NCBI RefSeq assembly: GCF_037042905.1
Contig: NC_087251.1
Location: 34,164,001 to 34,228,000 of the forward strand
Source: Lytechinus pictus
Taxonomy: Eukaryota
Direction: 5' to 3'
Length of the DNA stretch: 64,000 bases
Part shown: positions 50,747 through 62,230 of the stretch, piece after piece
Layout of the letters: every line of letters begins with the position of its first letter
Numbering within the stretch: position 1 is the stretch's first letter
Translations under genes and position numbers: made by a program
The notes under the pieces: model-generated
Databases searched by the model: none
Told to the model about the DNA's origin: nothing
Seen by the model: only the letters and a program-made list of their open reading frames with translations

Positions 50747-51606
50747 ATTTTTGTCTCGCCTGTATAGAGCGAGACTATAGGCGCCGCTTTGAAATCTTAA
50801 CCAAGGTTAAGTTTTTGAAATGTCATCATAACTTTGAATGTATATGGACCTAGTTTATGAAACTTGGACATAAGGGCAATCAAGTATTACTGAACATTCT
50901 GCTTGAGTTTCAGGTCATATGACCAAGGTCAAAGAGCATTTAGGGTCAATGAACTTAGACCATGTTGGGGAAATCAATATCAAAATCTTAACCAAGGTTA
51001 AGTTTTTGAAATGTTGTCATAACTTAGAAAGTATATGGACCTAGTTCATGAAACTTAGACATAATGGTAAGTGTATCACTGAAGATCCTGCCAGAGTTTC
51101 AGGTCACATGACCAAGGTCAAAGGTCACTTAGGGTCTATGAACTTTGACCATGTTGGGGGTATTTGTGGAATTATCATCTTAACTTTAAAGGTTTATGGA
51201 TCTAGTTCCTGAAACTTCGACATAAGAGTAACCATGTATCCCTGAATATCCTGTGTGCATTTCAGGTCACATGACCAAGATCAAAGGTCATTCAAGATCA
51301 ATGAACTTTGGCCGTATTGGGGGTATTTGCTGAATTATTGGCATCATAACTTTGACAGTTTCTGGATCTACACAGTAGTTCATGAAACATAGACATAAGG
51401 CTTGTCAAGTATGTTTTGTACACGTCTTACTTGTAGGTCACATGATTATGGTCAAAGGACATGTCGGGTCAATGGACATAGTATATTATTATCATATGAG
51501 TGTTTACTTTTGTGAATAATTATTCAATAGCTATTTTCAAAGTCAGCACTGTTGCTATATTGAATCGTGTAATGCAGGCGAGACAGCCAGAGGCGTTCCA
51601 CTTGTT
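50747..51606 (+). mobile_element. Helentron-type non-autonomous element, second copy
   Basis: T-run start; subTIR GTCTCGCCTG (~50753) with local hairpin; partner CAGGCGAGAC (~51575) followed by a short palindrome and CTTGTT; tandem core repeats; remnant at ~56205-56442. Confidence 0.8.
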
Positions 51607-52706
51607 ATAGTGTTATAGTGATGTCACAAAGTCATGCACTTAATCCAATACAGAAAAGATGCCCGAAGGATTTTCTTTTTTACACTTTATAATTTTGAAG
51701 GAATTACTTACTCGGATACAGGGGGGGGGGGGGGGATTCATGGGACCATTTTTGAGCTCACCAGTCAAAATTTGTGACATTGTATTACAAGTTACATTGG
51801 ACCTCATGGGGATTTCCAGGGCCCTTAACCAAATAGCCCCTGAACCGCCCGAGACCGCCCTTCCTGTTACACACTGAACCGCCCTTAACCGCCTGTACGT
51901 TTTATTTGCGCTATAGTATCTCTTGTATATGATTTACCGTGGTAATATTGCGTGTGCATACGGTATAGGTTGGCTGCTATATAGATCTGCATAGAAAAGT
52001 GTATGCTCCTATTGAGTATAATAGAGAAAAACCGATTGACACGCATCGGTGTGTAGCAAGTTCCAGACTGTTGCGCAGTCGATCTCAGCAAAGATGGCTG
52101 CGCCCATGTCTCGGAAAACCACTTACTCCGCCGAAGATGCTCGGGCGTTGCTATACGTTCATCAAAACGTTGGATATCACACAGAGTGACATTCAGATGT
52201 GAGTTGGAATTAATTTTTGACATATGTTATCCCAGATTTGGCAAAAACTTTAGTATTCTGTCAGTGATACTTTACATTTTTTTGAAGGCGTGGGACTGGG
52301 GCGGCTGAAACCTGAACTTTTGCTTTTTTTCTTCTCGCTCTGCAAACGATTGTCAAAGGTCAATATTCGTACATCTGATTGAACATTGCCATGTACCATT
52401 CTATTCAACAGGTACTATGCTACAAAATAAATATAACTTGTAATGAACAAAAGTAAATTGATAAAAAACTGTTTCAATTTGTTTGGAACAATGCCTACGA
52501 ATTACCAGTTTTATTGTTTCCTCTAGTGAGAGATTGCCATTATGCATATAATCTGTAGGTGCTATAGGGTTAATTAGTTTTCCATGGCTCATTTGGGCAT
52601 TACCCAAAAAATTGGGGTATTACCTGGGTATTTAGCTGGATTTCCATTGCTAAAGATGACGTTGAATAATATGACTATTTACATTTGTGTCTTTACTTCA
52701 CTCCAG

Positions 52707-52805
52707 ACTTGACCAATTTGATGAGTTTCTTCTCGGATTACTGAACTACTTTTCAAGTTACTTTGACAGACTTGTTGTGGAAAACAAACCCAAACAGATG
52801 ACAAC
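52707..52805 (+). CDS. PPP1R36: PPP1R36 exon 6
   Basis: ctccag|LDQFDEFLLGLLNYFSSYFDRLVVENKPKQMT|gtaagt; 99 nt, phase 2 to 2. Confidence 0.92.
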
Positions 52806-53328
52806 GTAAGTACAAATCTACCAGTAAACCCAATGTAGGCTTGTCACATGTGTGTATATCAAGATGAATTCAGAATAACATTTTTTATGGAAAGTACTAT
52901 TACAACAAATCAACATTAAAATTGTGATTCACATATTACATTACAGTTTCTTTAAATACTCTATAGCCACATTTACAACCACAAGCATGTTTGTTACATT
53001 ACATTGTTGACAAGCGTGGTATACTATGAGTACGAACTAGAAATGTCCTTTAAAAGCTATGCAAGATAAATGTCCATTCAATTTTAATTTAGTTTGCTTA
53101 AAACATGATAATGATATTAATGTAACTAATGAAGTGAAATCCACTCTGCAGAGTGCTCAAGGTACATAGAGAGTTCAGGTTATAAAAAGTTTTTTTTCTT
53201 AGCTTCAACAGAGGAACAAATTTTGATGTCTTCGGGAAAGCTATTACACAAAGTGTAATAATGAGTGATCAATAGGGGTCCGAACTTGTTAATTATGATA
53301 ACATTCTGTTTCATTTTGTATAAATTAG

Positions 53329-53469
53329 TGAACCCAGTTTTGCGGAGCAAGCTGCGATGGCTGAAATCACAGAACGCATGGATGTAGCACAGAGGCATCT
53401 TGCACAGAGCTACTGTATTCTCATCCTGGGTCTTGGCTTACAGGATCATCATCACATGGGAAGTGGAAC
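53329..53469 (+). CDS. PPP1R36: PPP1R36 exon 7
   Basis: EPSFAEQAAMAEITERMDVAQRHLAQSYCILILGLGLQDHHHMGSG; family motif AQ..LAQ.YCIL.LGL...D.HHM; 141 nt. Confidence 0.95.
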
Positions 53470-53489
53470 GTAAGTGATATGTCACAATG

Positions 53490-53951
53490 GACCCTGTCTC
53501 ACAAAGAGATGTGAGCGATACAATCAGTCTTAACTATCTTAACTATGAAAAATATGCAATTCTTCATACACCAAAAGAAACAAACACAATCTCTCTTTAG
53601 AAGCAAGTAGGAGCATGCTTACCTGTCCAGGGGCTGTTTCATAAAGCTGTTCTTAAGTTAATAGCGACTTTAAGAACGACTGGTGAACCTTTCTTACGTG
53701 CTTAATAGTCACCAATGAACATTTAGTTATGAATGTCATTTACCACAAGAAAGGATCACTAGTCATTTGTAAAGTCACTCTTACAAACAGCTTTATGAAA
53801 TGGCCCCAGACACTGATGCATGCATGCATTTTATCAAATTTGGAATCAGAGATTACTTTAAATGGATGCATGCATTCCAGATAATGGCAATAATAGTTTC
53901 ACATTGTTGTTGATTGAATCAATAAATCACAACTCTTGTATAAGACAGGGC
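53490..53951. mobile_element. PIF/Harbinger-like MITE with a second one nested at 53631-53806
   Basis: Outer ccctgtctcacaaagag/ctcttgtataagacaggg; inner GGGCTGTTTCATAAAGCTGTT...AACAGCTTTATGAAATGGCCC with TSD CAG. Confidence 0.75.
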
Positions 53952-54007
53952 CTGGCTTGCATCTCATTGAATTTCTTGTCTCCTGGAGGAGCACCATAAA
54001 CAATGAA

Positions 54008-54079
54008 AGACTCGGCTTGAGATCAAATCAATGACCTCCTGTTCATCAGGAAGTGCTCTACCACTGAGCTACCATGCCT
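54008..54079 (-). mobile_element. Degenerate tRNA-derived SINE head
   Basis: Minus strand GGCATGGTAGCTCAGTGGTAGAGCAC (A box); B box decayed. Confidence 0.6.
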
Positions 54080-54115
54080 AGGAGACACTGACATACCCTC
54101 CATTTAAGAGCTTAA

Positions 54116-54669
54116 AAATCAAGTCCTCCTCCAAAAAATGTTGATTTGAATCGATAGAGAAAAATCAAACAAGCATAATGCTGAAAATTACATCAAAATC
54201 GTATGTACAATAAGAAACATTTATAGTTTCCCTTATTTTTATAAAACAGTTATATGCACATCTCAGTGACATGCTGTTGAGAGAGTCGATGGTGTCCCTC
54301 ACTATTTTATTTGTTTTTTATTGTTTCAATTATACAATATTTCAATTTTTACAGATTTAACATCAAGGATCAATTTCATTGAACCATAAAATGTTAAAAC
54401 AATTGTAATGTCACATGTTCAAGGAGGAATAAAACTTTTTTCACTGGACAATGATGAGAATATGAGAATATTACATATAATAAAATACAAAAGAAATAAT
54501 GAGTGGGTGATATCATCAGTCCCCTCATTTCATACCGACCAGGATGTACATTTAATTGTTTGTGAAATGAAGCAAAAGTTTAAAATTTCATAACTTTCTT
54601 ATTTTACATCCGAATTTGATGAAATTTTCAGTGTTATTCAAATTTACCGTCTTTGGGTGGATTTGTCCT
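54116..54669. mobile_element. Kolobok-type MITE, family D (degenerate left TIR)
   Basis: TTAA flanks; right end GGATTTGTCCT|TTAA; catcaaaatcg/cgaatttgatg arms shared with family A. Confidence 0.7.
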
Positions 54670-54831
54670 TTAAATGTATGAACCGTGTAGTCTCCCTACT
54701 TTGAAATCTCCTTTTCATAATCCATCAATTTTCTTTATTTTTGTTACCGTATCGTTTTTTCTGGCTTATCAGTGACATTGATTAATCAAACAACCATAAT
54801 AGAATGTGTTGTTTTCTGGTTTATCTTACAG

Positions 54832-54874
54832 GCAGCGACAGTCATCTACAAAAAAAGATAGAGAAATATATGAA
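54832..54874 (+). CDS. PPP1R36: PPP1R36 exon 8
   Basis: ttacag|QRQSSTKKDREIYE|gtgagt; 43 nt, phase 2 to 0. Confidence 0.9.
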
Positions 54875-54897
54875 GTGAGTACCAAACTAACTACGTC

Positions 54898-55140
54898 ATT
54901 ATACCCCCACCAAACGAAGTTTGATGGGGTATATAAGACTCATTGTGCGGTCAAGCGGCCAGTAGGGGGGTCAGGCCATCGCAAATCTTGGCGGTTCAAA
55001 CTACTTCATCAGTTTTTAACCAATTCTCATGAAATTTGGCTCACACATTGCTCTTGGGGTGAAGATGGGCAATAGAGATGTTTTCCATGTGTTGGAAACT
55101 GCATGGGGGTATAAATCACCTTCAGTGATATTTGTGGTTT
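54898..55140 (+). mobile_element. Short Helentron-type element of another family
   Basis: TTATACCCCC..GGGGTATA 5' hairpin; 3' GGGGGTATAA followed by the ATCAC..GTGAT hairpin. Confidence 0.55.
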
Positions 55141-55288
55141 TCATACATGATAATGTTAACATTTATAGGATTCCTTGAATGACTTAAATGGAATCCTAAT
55201 GTATGAATTCTTTTTAAAATAATTAAAATCAGGCCATTTCTATATTTTGAATTCAAGGCCACTTTTGTATAGGGCCCTATTCTATATT

Positions 55289-55597
55289 GTGGCGATGTGT
55301 CCCAGTGGATTAGTCTCTGGACTTTGAAACAGAGTGTCGTGGGTTCAAATCCCAGCTGTGGTGTAGTTTCCTTCGGCAAGAAATTTATCCACATTGTGCT
55401 GCACTCAACCCAGGTGAGGTAAATGGGTACCTGGTAGGAATTTATTCATTGAAATGCCGAGCGCTTGAAGCTAGCTGCTTGAGCTAGCTGCTTGAGCTAC
55501 AGCCGGGGTAATAATATCCAAGTCCTTTGGAAGCGCATAGAGACGTTATTCATGATGTGTTATGCGCTATACAAGAACTGACTATTATTATATTATA
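55289..55597 (+). mobile_element. tRNA-derived SINE with conserved-type central domain and L2-like tail
   Basis: A-box-like TGTCCCAGTGG; B-box-like GGTTCAAATCC; core ggcaagaaatttatccacattgtgctgcactcaacccaggtg; 3' hairpin agcgcata..tatgcgct and (TAT)n tail. Confidence 0.85.
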
Positions 55598-56047
55598 GCT
55601 TAAATAGGAAAAGCGGCACAGAAATCTCCAAGGCCAATAGGTTAATTAACAAGGTATCCATAGCCATGGCCTTTGATGGTCTTTGATCAATCTAAGCCCT
55701 GGAGAATATACCAATTCCCAGACAGATTGTGAATTCCTAATTAATCAAAAAATATGTGAGTAGTTTATTGAAAATTTGAAAATCATCTAATGATTTATTT
55801 ATTTTTAGAGTGGGTTAAATGTGTCAATTTTAACCTTTTGAAAATGTCATTAGAGTGACGTTTTTAGATGGAAATAATGTAAGTATTTCAAATTATATAT
55901 CCTTCAAAATAAATGAATAGAATTTAAGAACTGAACAGCAATGTAATTTTGCCAATGATGCTGATATATTTTTTTTTCTTCACTTTGCCAGCATTGACTA
56001 TTTGAATGATTAATTCATGTTGTTTTTATCTTTTCCTTGTTCAACAG

Positions 56048-56130
56048 ACATTGTACAAGTTTTGTGTATATCTGGTTTGGCTGGTATTTAGGAGGAAAGA
56101 TCATGATCTCATCAACAAAGAACTTGGAAG
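56048..56130 (+). CDS. PPP1R36: PPP1R36 exon 9
   Basis: aacag|TLYKFCVYLVWLVFRRKDHDLINKELGR|gtttg; 83 nt, phase 0 to 2. Confidence 0.93.
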
Positions 56131-56629
56131 GTTTGTTATAATTTTTCTATTAAATACAGGCTTCAAGGAATATGAAACAAATTGATATTTGATAAACTTT
56201 CCATTTTTGTCTTACCTGCTTTAGCAGAAGGGAGACATAGGTGCTGCTTTTCCAACAGTCACCGCTGTTATTTGAGGTCAAAGCTGTAATTTGAGGTCAA
56301 CAAATTTAAGATTTTATTATCAAATAATTTTTTTAAATCAAATGTTCGAAAAATTGTTCATCTTATATGTTTCCTAAGTCAACACTGCTGCTATATTAAA
56401 TTGCCTAATGCAGGCGAAACTGCCTTTTAAGTTCCACTTGTTTTGTAATAAGAAATCTAAGTTCATTGACCTAAGATGACCTTTGACCTTGACTTGACCT
56501 CATGTGTTTTGTTATATCTGATATCATTTTCATACAAGTTTCATGAAATATGGTTGAATTCGTTTGACATGATAATGTTTAATGTTTAATCATAGGACCG
56601 ATTCTTAAAGTGATTGGACTGATGATTAT

Positions 56630-57230
56630 GTTTTTTTCACGTATTGCATCTTCTTTACTTCATCATCATTTGTAGGCTTATTCATGAACAGAGCTATCTT
56701 TTGCTTCGCAATATCTTCCCCATCTTCATTAGGCTTCAATTGCACACCATACATTAGGAGATTCAGCCTGTAGCAAGTAGCTTATTCTCACATTCCTACT
56801 CAACTCTTTCTATCTCTTTCTCAAACTGGGGGACTTTTTCTTTTTCCAACGCCATAATTCTGTTAGCATTATCTTGAACTGCAACTTCAATAGTACTTAC
56901 AGATCTTATAATATAAGATATATCATTCTTGAATGAGCCTAGCTTTGCATTGACCTGTAAGGAAAGCTGTCGAATCATGCTACGGATATCCCCCAACTCA
57001 TCCTCGCCACGCTCCACTGACCCGCCGGTCGGTGGTGGCCTCCTACTTGCACCAGCTTGCAGCTCTGCTTCCTCACCACCACATGACCCTTCATTTCTGT
57101 CAGTTTTTGACATATTTCTGTCTGTGTCCTTTTCTTACAGGTCTAGATCTCAGTTCATGCCCCTTATGCTGACCTTTCTTTCCTTAAGTGTTCTTCTGGC
57201 TCATTGTAAAACCAAAGAGTCATTATTTCA
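56630..57230 (-). mobile_element. Degenerate LINE ORF1-like fragment (coiled coil followed by RRM start)
   Basis: ORF 56796-57113 is heptad-rich (IEVAVQDNANRIMALEKE), followed after a stop by RLNLLMYGV...E, as in L1/CR1-type ORF1p. Confidence 0.6.
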
Positions 57231-57424
57231 AAAAATGTTGTGATCTTTCACGCGAGCATGCGAAAGGTGGTTATTCCATGCTGCAACCAGAATTGGAAAT
57301 AATGGATTGATCATTATGGGCAATCAGTTTTATCAGCTTCAGTTTTAATCAGCTTCATGTTATTTTGCCTTAATGTGTATTTCCTGAGAATAAATGAAAA
57401 TTTATTATTGTCTTTGACTTGTAG

Positions 57425-57565
57425 AATCTTGCGATCTGATGTATTCAACCCCGCTCTGCGAGTCAAGAATTCACCAGAAGAAGACATCGAGAATGAAGAA
57501 GAATTGCTCAGAGATATTTCTTTCGTTCCAGCCATCACTCCAGCTGAAAGAAGAAGACAGAATAG
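57425..57565 (+). CDS. PPP1R36: PPP1R36 exon 10
   Basis: ttgtag|ILRSDVFNPALRVKNSPEEDIENEEELL...AERRRQNR|gtatg; 141 nt, phase 2 to 2. Confidence 0.92.
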
Positions 57566-57707
57566 GTATGGCAAGGGATAGTTAGCCATTGGGTGATTTC
57601 AAGTTCAGTGTTGACCTTTTGGTGTTGGTGTTAGGTCAATTTTTACACGATTATAACACCAAACATAAAATGAAGATGGTCCAGAAAAGTCACTAGTTGT
57701 TGAGATG

Positions 57708-58040
57708 CACTAGCGTACCTACGGGGGGGGGGGGGGGCAGGGGGGGCACTCTGCCCCCCCTGACGAGTCACAACCCATGCAAAAACGTATATTTGCCCCC
57801 CCCTGACGGGCTTGAAAAACCTTTTTTGCCCCCCCCCCCCCTGACGAACTTTAAGATTACTGCCCCCCTGACGAGCTTGAAGACCTTCTTTTTTTTTTTT
57901 TTTTTGCTTGTCAATTTTTTTCTGGTACAAAATCCTTTATTTGTGATCGAAGACCCTTTTTTTTTTTTTTTTTTTTTGCTTGTCAAATTTTTTGGCGGAC
58001 GGTTTTGCCCCCCCTGTGGAAAATCCTAGGTACGCCACTG
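57708..58040. mobile_element. hAT MITE
   Basis: CACTAGCGTACCTA...TAGGTACGCCACTG; perfect 8-bp TSD TTGAGATG. Confidence 0.9.
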
Positions 58041-58109
58041 TTGAGATGTCAATGTGATCTGGATCAGTTGTACAACTCTGAATAAATTTTGGAGATTAGA
58101 AATCATGTC

Positions 58110-58440
58110 CCTGGCTTTTCTCTAGCTTTTTTTTTTAAACCTCCCTTCTCATTCAACTATTCCTCTCATCTCATTTTCTCTGATCTTCCTCTTCTGTCCA
58201 TCTCTCTTATCCTCCCTTTTCTCCATCCCCTTCTATTTCTTCCATTTCTACTTTCATGCCCCTCTCTCTTATTTCACCCCTTTATCATCTCAATCTCCCT
58301 CTATTATTTTTCCTTTCTCTTTCATTTCTTCTTTCTCTTTGATCTTCCTCTTCTTTCCATCTCTTCTCGTTGATTGTCTATTTCTTTTTTTCTCTCTCCA
58401 TCTTTACTATTTTGCCTTTATCATTTCAACTTTCTCTATA
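58110..58440. repeat. CT-rich low-complexity tract
   Basis: Almost pure pyrimidine on the + strand. Confidence 0.85.
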
Positions 58441-59081
58441 TAAATTTTGAGTAAATATTCCCTTCCCTCCCTCATACTGTTCAATCACACATTCAGGATG
58501 AAAAATTGAATAGAAGTTTGAGGACAAGAAGGTTGCTACTTTTAAATGAAGCCTTCAAAGTTGGACCTTCGTGTGCTCAGCCAAGAAATATCTACTAAGT
58601 ACAGTATATATAAAAATGGGCACAATAGAATTTGAATTCTTATGAAATTTAATTTGGAATAGCATGGATGTTGCACGACATGTATGCTTACATATGTACA
58701 TCAATACGCCTTTACATAAAGGAATGGGTGGTGGATAAACAAAACCAAGTCTACTCTAACAAGTTTACTAATACAAATTAGAGCACAAATCAGAAAAGCA
58801 TAGCAATGGTAATTCCATTAAAAAAGTTGTGGCACTTTAAATTTCGCTTATTTTCATATACCAGTTATATGCATATCCTGGTCAGTATGAAATATTCCAC
58901 ATGTCAAAAATTGCCCAACAAGACCACTACCTCTTGTCAAATATTTTAACCCCTTTTTTAAAACTACATGAATTACCAGGTTCCAGTACATTGTGCATAT
59001 AGAAATATGTTTGTACATGATTGGCTTAATGACAATAAAATACACTTTGCCACACTAAGTACATCAGTATTAATTCAATAT

Positions 59082-62047
59082 TTATAGACTGCAAACTAGT
59101 TCCCGACCAGCATCTTTGGCCTCATTCACTTTCAGGACAAGGCTGCGAAAAGCCTCATCGGTGAATCCTGGTTGGCCATCCACAACACTGTACCAATTTC
59201 GGATAACTGAAGGATGGGGTAGTTGCAAATCAAATGTCTTCCGAACGTACCTATAAGCCTTGGCAGAATAGAAGTTAAGGGTGATGGCAAATGCACGAAG
59301 AGCAGGTGGATATTTCTCCCCTGATGGCTTGTCATACCTTCTTCTCCTCACAATTCTATTAATAAGTTCACTAGGAATGTCGCATGTCTTGTCCAGTGCC
59401 TCAAGTCCATTCTCTGAAAGAAAATTCTTCCCTTTCAGTGTTGAAACTACGTCTTTGAGTGTGCTATTAAACCTTTTTTCGTAGACGCCTAGATTTTGCT
59501 TGAGAATTTTTCAAACGCTTTTAAAGATTGGAAGTATGGTCAAGCAATTTGTCAAGCTTTCGCTTTACACTGCGTGGACTGTCACTGATGGAATATGTGA
59601 GGTCTTGGTGGGTCATGCCTGTCTTCCTCTTGATAAGAGTTAGTGGATGCATCTTTGAGCATTCAGAGCTACTGGGAAGTTTTTGAGGAGTTGAAATCTC
59701 TTCGGTTCCATGATCTGATTGATGACAGTCGTCAATGGGTTGCTGTGGTGCTACAACGGGAACTATGTTGTCTGATAGGACTGGTTCAGCAGACTCTGAA
59801 ACTTCCGGGGAACAATTCTCTTAGTTGACCCTTGGATATGATGCTTTCCTTTGTTTTGTAGACTGCAAGAAACAATAACAGACGAATAAAAATATTAGAA
59901 AAAGGGTTTCACTGAATATAGTTGTATTAGTTTTTGCAACTCACAATGTCACATTACTTTCTATTTCATTTCTGAGCAAAGAAATACCCTGAAAGAAAAC
60001 GAAACTCTGAAATATTTGAGCTACATGTAAATGTATCCCCTCCCCCTCCAAACAAAATAAAAACAACACTTTATCACAAAATTTGGCAAGATTAAAATTA
60101 AGGTGAGTGGTACAAGAAATTGAAAGTTATATAAAAAGAATTGAAATGTACAATACAGATAAAAACATACAAGTCAGACATGAAAACATACTAAAGAACC
60201 CATTAAACTCTCCCTAATTCCAGTTTCAATTAACAAACAATTCACAACTGGATACAAGTCACTTTTAATAATATGTCATAATTAATTTTGCAGGTGGGTT
60301 TGTAAGAATTTTGCCCACACACAAAAAGAAATTACATATTGCAATGTACCTATTTTTTACTGCTTCAGAACATTTACTCTCTTTACATTAATAATTAATA
60401 ATTTTCATTTCAAGTAATATACCTTCAAAAGATGTTTAGGAAAGTTGAAGATGGTTGGGACTGCATCAGGACGAAGTCTAGTTGTCTGTCCAGTCCGGTC
60501 AAAATAGCTTTCTTCAAAGTGGTCTGAGCAGATAGTGGAGTGGCTGAGGGGTGTCCAAAAGTCTCGCCTCATTTTCACCTGCCATTCTTTGAGCAAAGCA
60601 GGATTAGGGTTAGAGAGGAGACACTTTCAATTTATTACATGATTACATTTTTTTACAAGTTACAAGATTACCAGACCATGACCACTGACATCAGCATCTC
60701 ACTCAAAAGCCAACCTCAAAGTCGGATCTAACTGTTAGATCTAGTCACAACACTCAACATGTTCAATCAAGTAGCACAGACACCGAGATACTTCTGTGTC
60801 CATGGTGTTTCAAGTTTCAAGTTTCATTTATTTCTCCTCAAGAGATCAAGATAAAAATACATAAAAAATAGACAATGTAAATACAATGAACATCAAATTT
60901 AAAGAAAGTGAGGAAGGTAATGACCAAAACGGAAGAAACCTTGTGTGAGGCCAACCCATAACAAAAATTGTACTTAAAGGAGAATGAAACTCTTGGAGCA
61001 AGTTAGCTTTTGTGAAAGCAGAAAAATCAAAGAATGAGATCAACAAAAGTTTGAGTAAAATAGGACTAGCAATAGAAGAGTTATGAGCAATTGAATGTCG
61101 AGATCACTAATGCTATGGAGATCCTCCCATTGGCAATGCGACCAAGATCTATGATGTCACAGATGAACAACTCTCCCCTTTTGGACACTGAAAATATACC
61201 CCAAAACATCTCTTTTTGCTCATTCTAATCATATGACAAACGATTCATCAATGATATAATGTTGTGAAACCTCTGTACTTGTCCTCTCATAAAGAGAACA
61301 CCTCACCTTGTGATAGACTCTATAAAAGTGAGAATATAAGTGAAATAAGTACTTAAGTAATGAGGGAGTTGTACGTGTGTGACATCACAGATCTTGGTCG
61401 CATTGCCAATAGGAGGATCTACATGGCATTAGTGATCTCAATATTCAAATGCTCATAACTTTCTTATTATTCATTCAATCTTCCTCAAACTTTCAACAAT
61501 GTGTTTCTTTGATTTTTCTCTTTGATATGGATTCAGCTGGTTTCAAGGGTTTCATTCTCCTTTAAAGTTAAAGAAATATTAAAAACATCATATAATCACA
61601 AATTCAATGAGAAAAAAAAAAAAAAAAAAACATAACAAACAAACACCTAACTAAACCTTAACCAAATGAGAATGGGGGGGGGGGGGGGAGAACCAAAAAT
61701 AAATCTAAGACTTAGACAATAAAAATGTTTTGTATTTCCTTTTAAAAACAGATACCGAAGGGCTTGATTGAATGTCAGAAGGGATTGAGTTCCAAATAAC
61801 TGGTCCTTGATAAAATATACTGTTTTTGAAGATGGAAGTACTGCACTGTGCAGTTGTACTGCACAATGGAATATGGATATTTTGGGAATATCAATTAATG
61901 TCTGTTGTTATGGTGTAGCGTCTATCGTTGCCATGCATTGCCGGACAACTTCATTTTTTGGCACAAAATGTAAACTTACCTGTGAAATGTATGGCCCAGC
62001 TTCTTCCCTGTTCTATTTGTGCAATAAACTGCAACACAAGATGGCAT
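59082..62047 (-). pseudogene. Spliced THAP-domain / P-element-type (THAP9-like) transposase pseudogene in PPP1R36 intron 10
   Basis: Exon 1 61980-62047 MPSCVAVYCTNRTGKKLGHTFH; exon 2 ~60423-60620 LLKEW...ICSDHFEESYF...LRPDAVPTIF (THAP C2CH and AVPTIF box); exon 3 59082-59862 with KYPPALRAFAITLNFYSAKAYRYVRKTF..LPHPSVIRNW. In-frame TAA at 59821 and 59521, frameshift ~59465, exon 2 acceptor out of phase, truncated after LVCSL. Confidence 0.88.
60978..61561. mobile_element. Kolobok-type MITE, family B subfamily, in THAP intron 1
   Basis: TTAA|AGGAGAATGAAAC...GTTTCATTCTCCT|TTAA; same arms as family B, different core. Confidence 0.9.
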
Positions 62048-62094
62048 TTTGTCGAAGGTGAATCATCAATATCATACATTTAGTCCATTACTTT

Positions 62095-62230
62095 CTTCTA
62101 CGGCGCGTTTTCGAACAATTGACCTAGCAAAATGGCGGCGGTCACGTGACTTATCGAGTTTGCCGGCGATGTTTTGCTTTGGTGAACACGACTTCCACGT
62201 ACTTCCAGTTCAGTGGAGTTCGGGCCCTTG
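62095..62230 (-). promoter_or_regulatory. Putative promoter of the THAP element (YY1 site and E-box)
   Basis: CpG-rich; CAAAATGGCGGC at 62128-62139 directly followed by GGTCACGTGAC at 62140-62150. Confidence 0.55.

Noticed and set aside
54008..54079. Possible minus-strand tRNA gene
   Set aside because: B box and T-arm are decayed; treated as a SINE head
55289..55365. Possible tRNA gene
   Set aside because: The tRNA-like head runs straight into a SINE body and tail and the acceptor stem is poor
57643..58373. Several 70-110 aa ORFs in the track
   Set aside because: They come from homopolymers in a hAT MITE and a CT-rich tract; low complexity and no domain signal
60600..60615. TTAGGGTTAG telomere-like seed in THAP exon 2
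   Set aside because: Under two units; chance or a local duplication is sufficient
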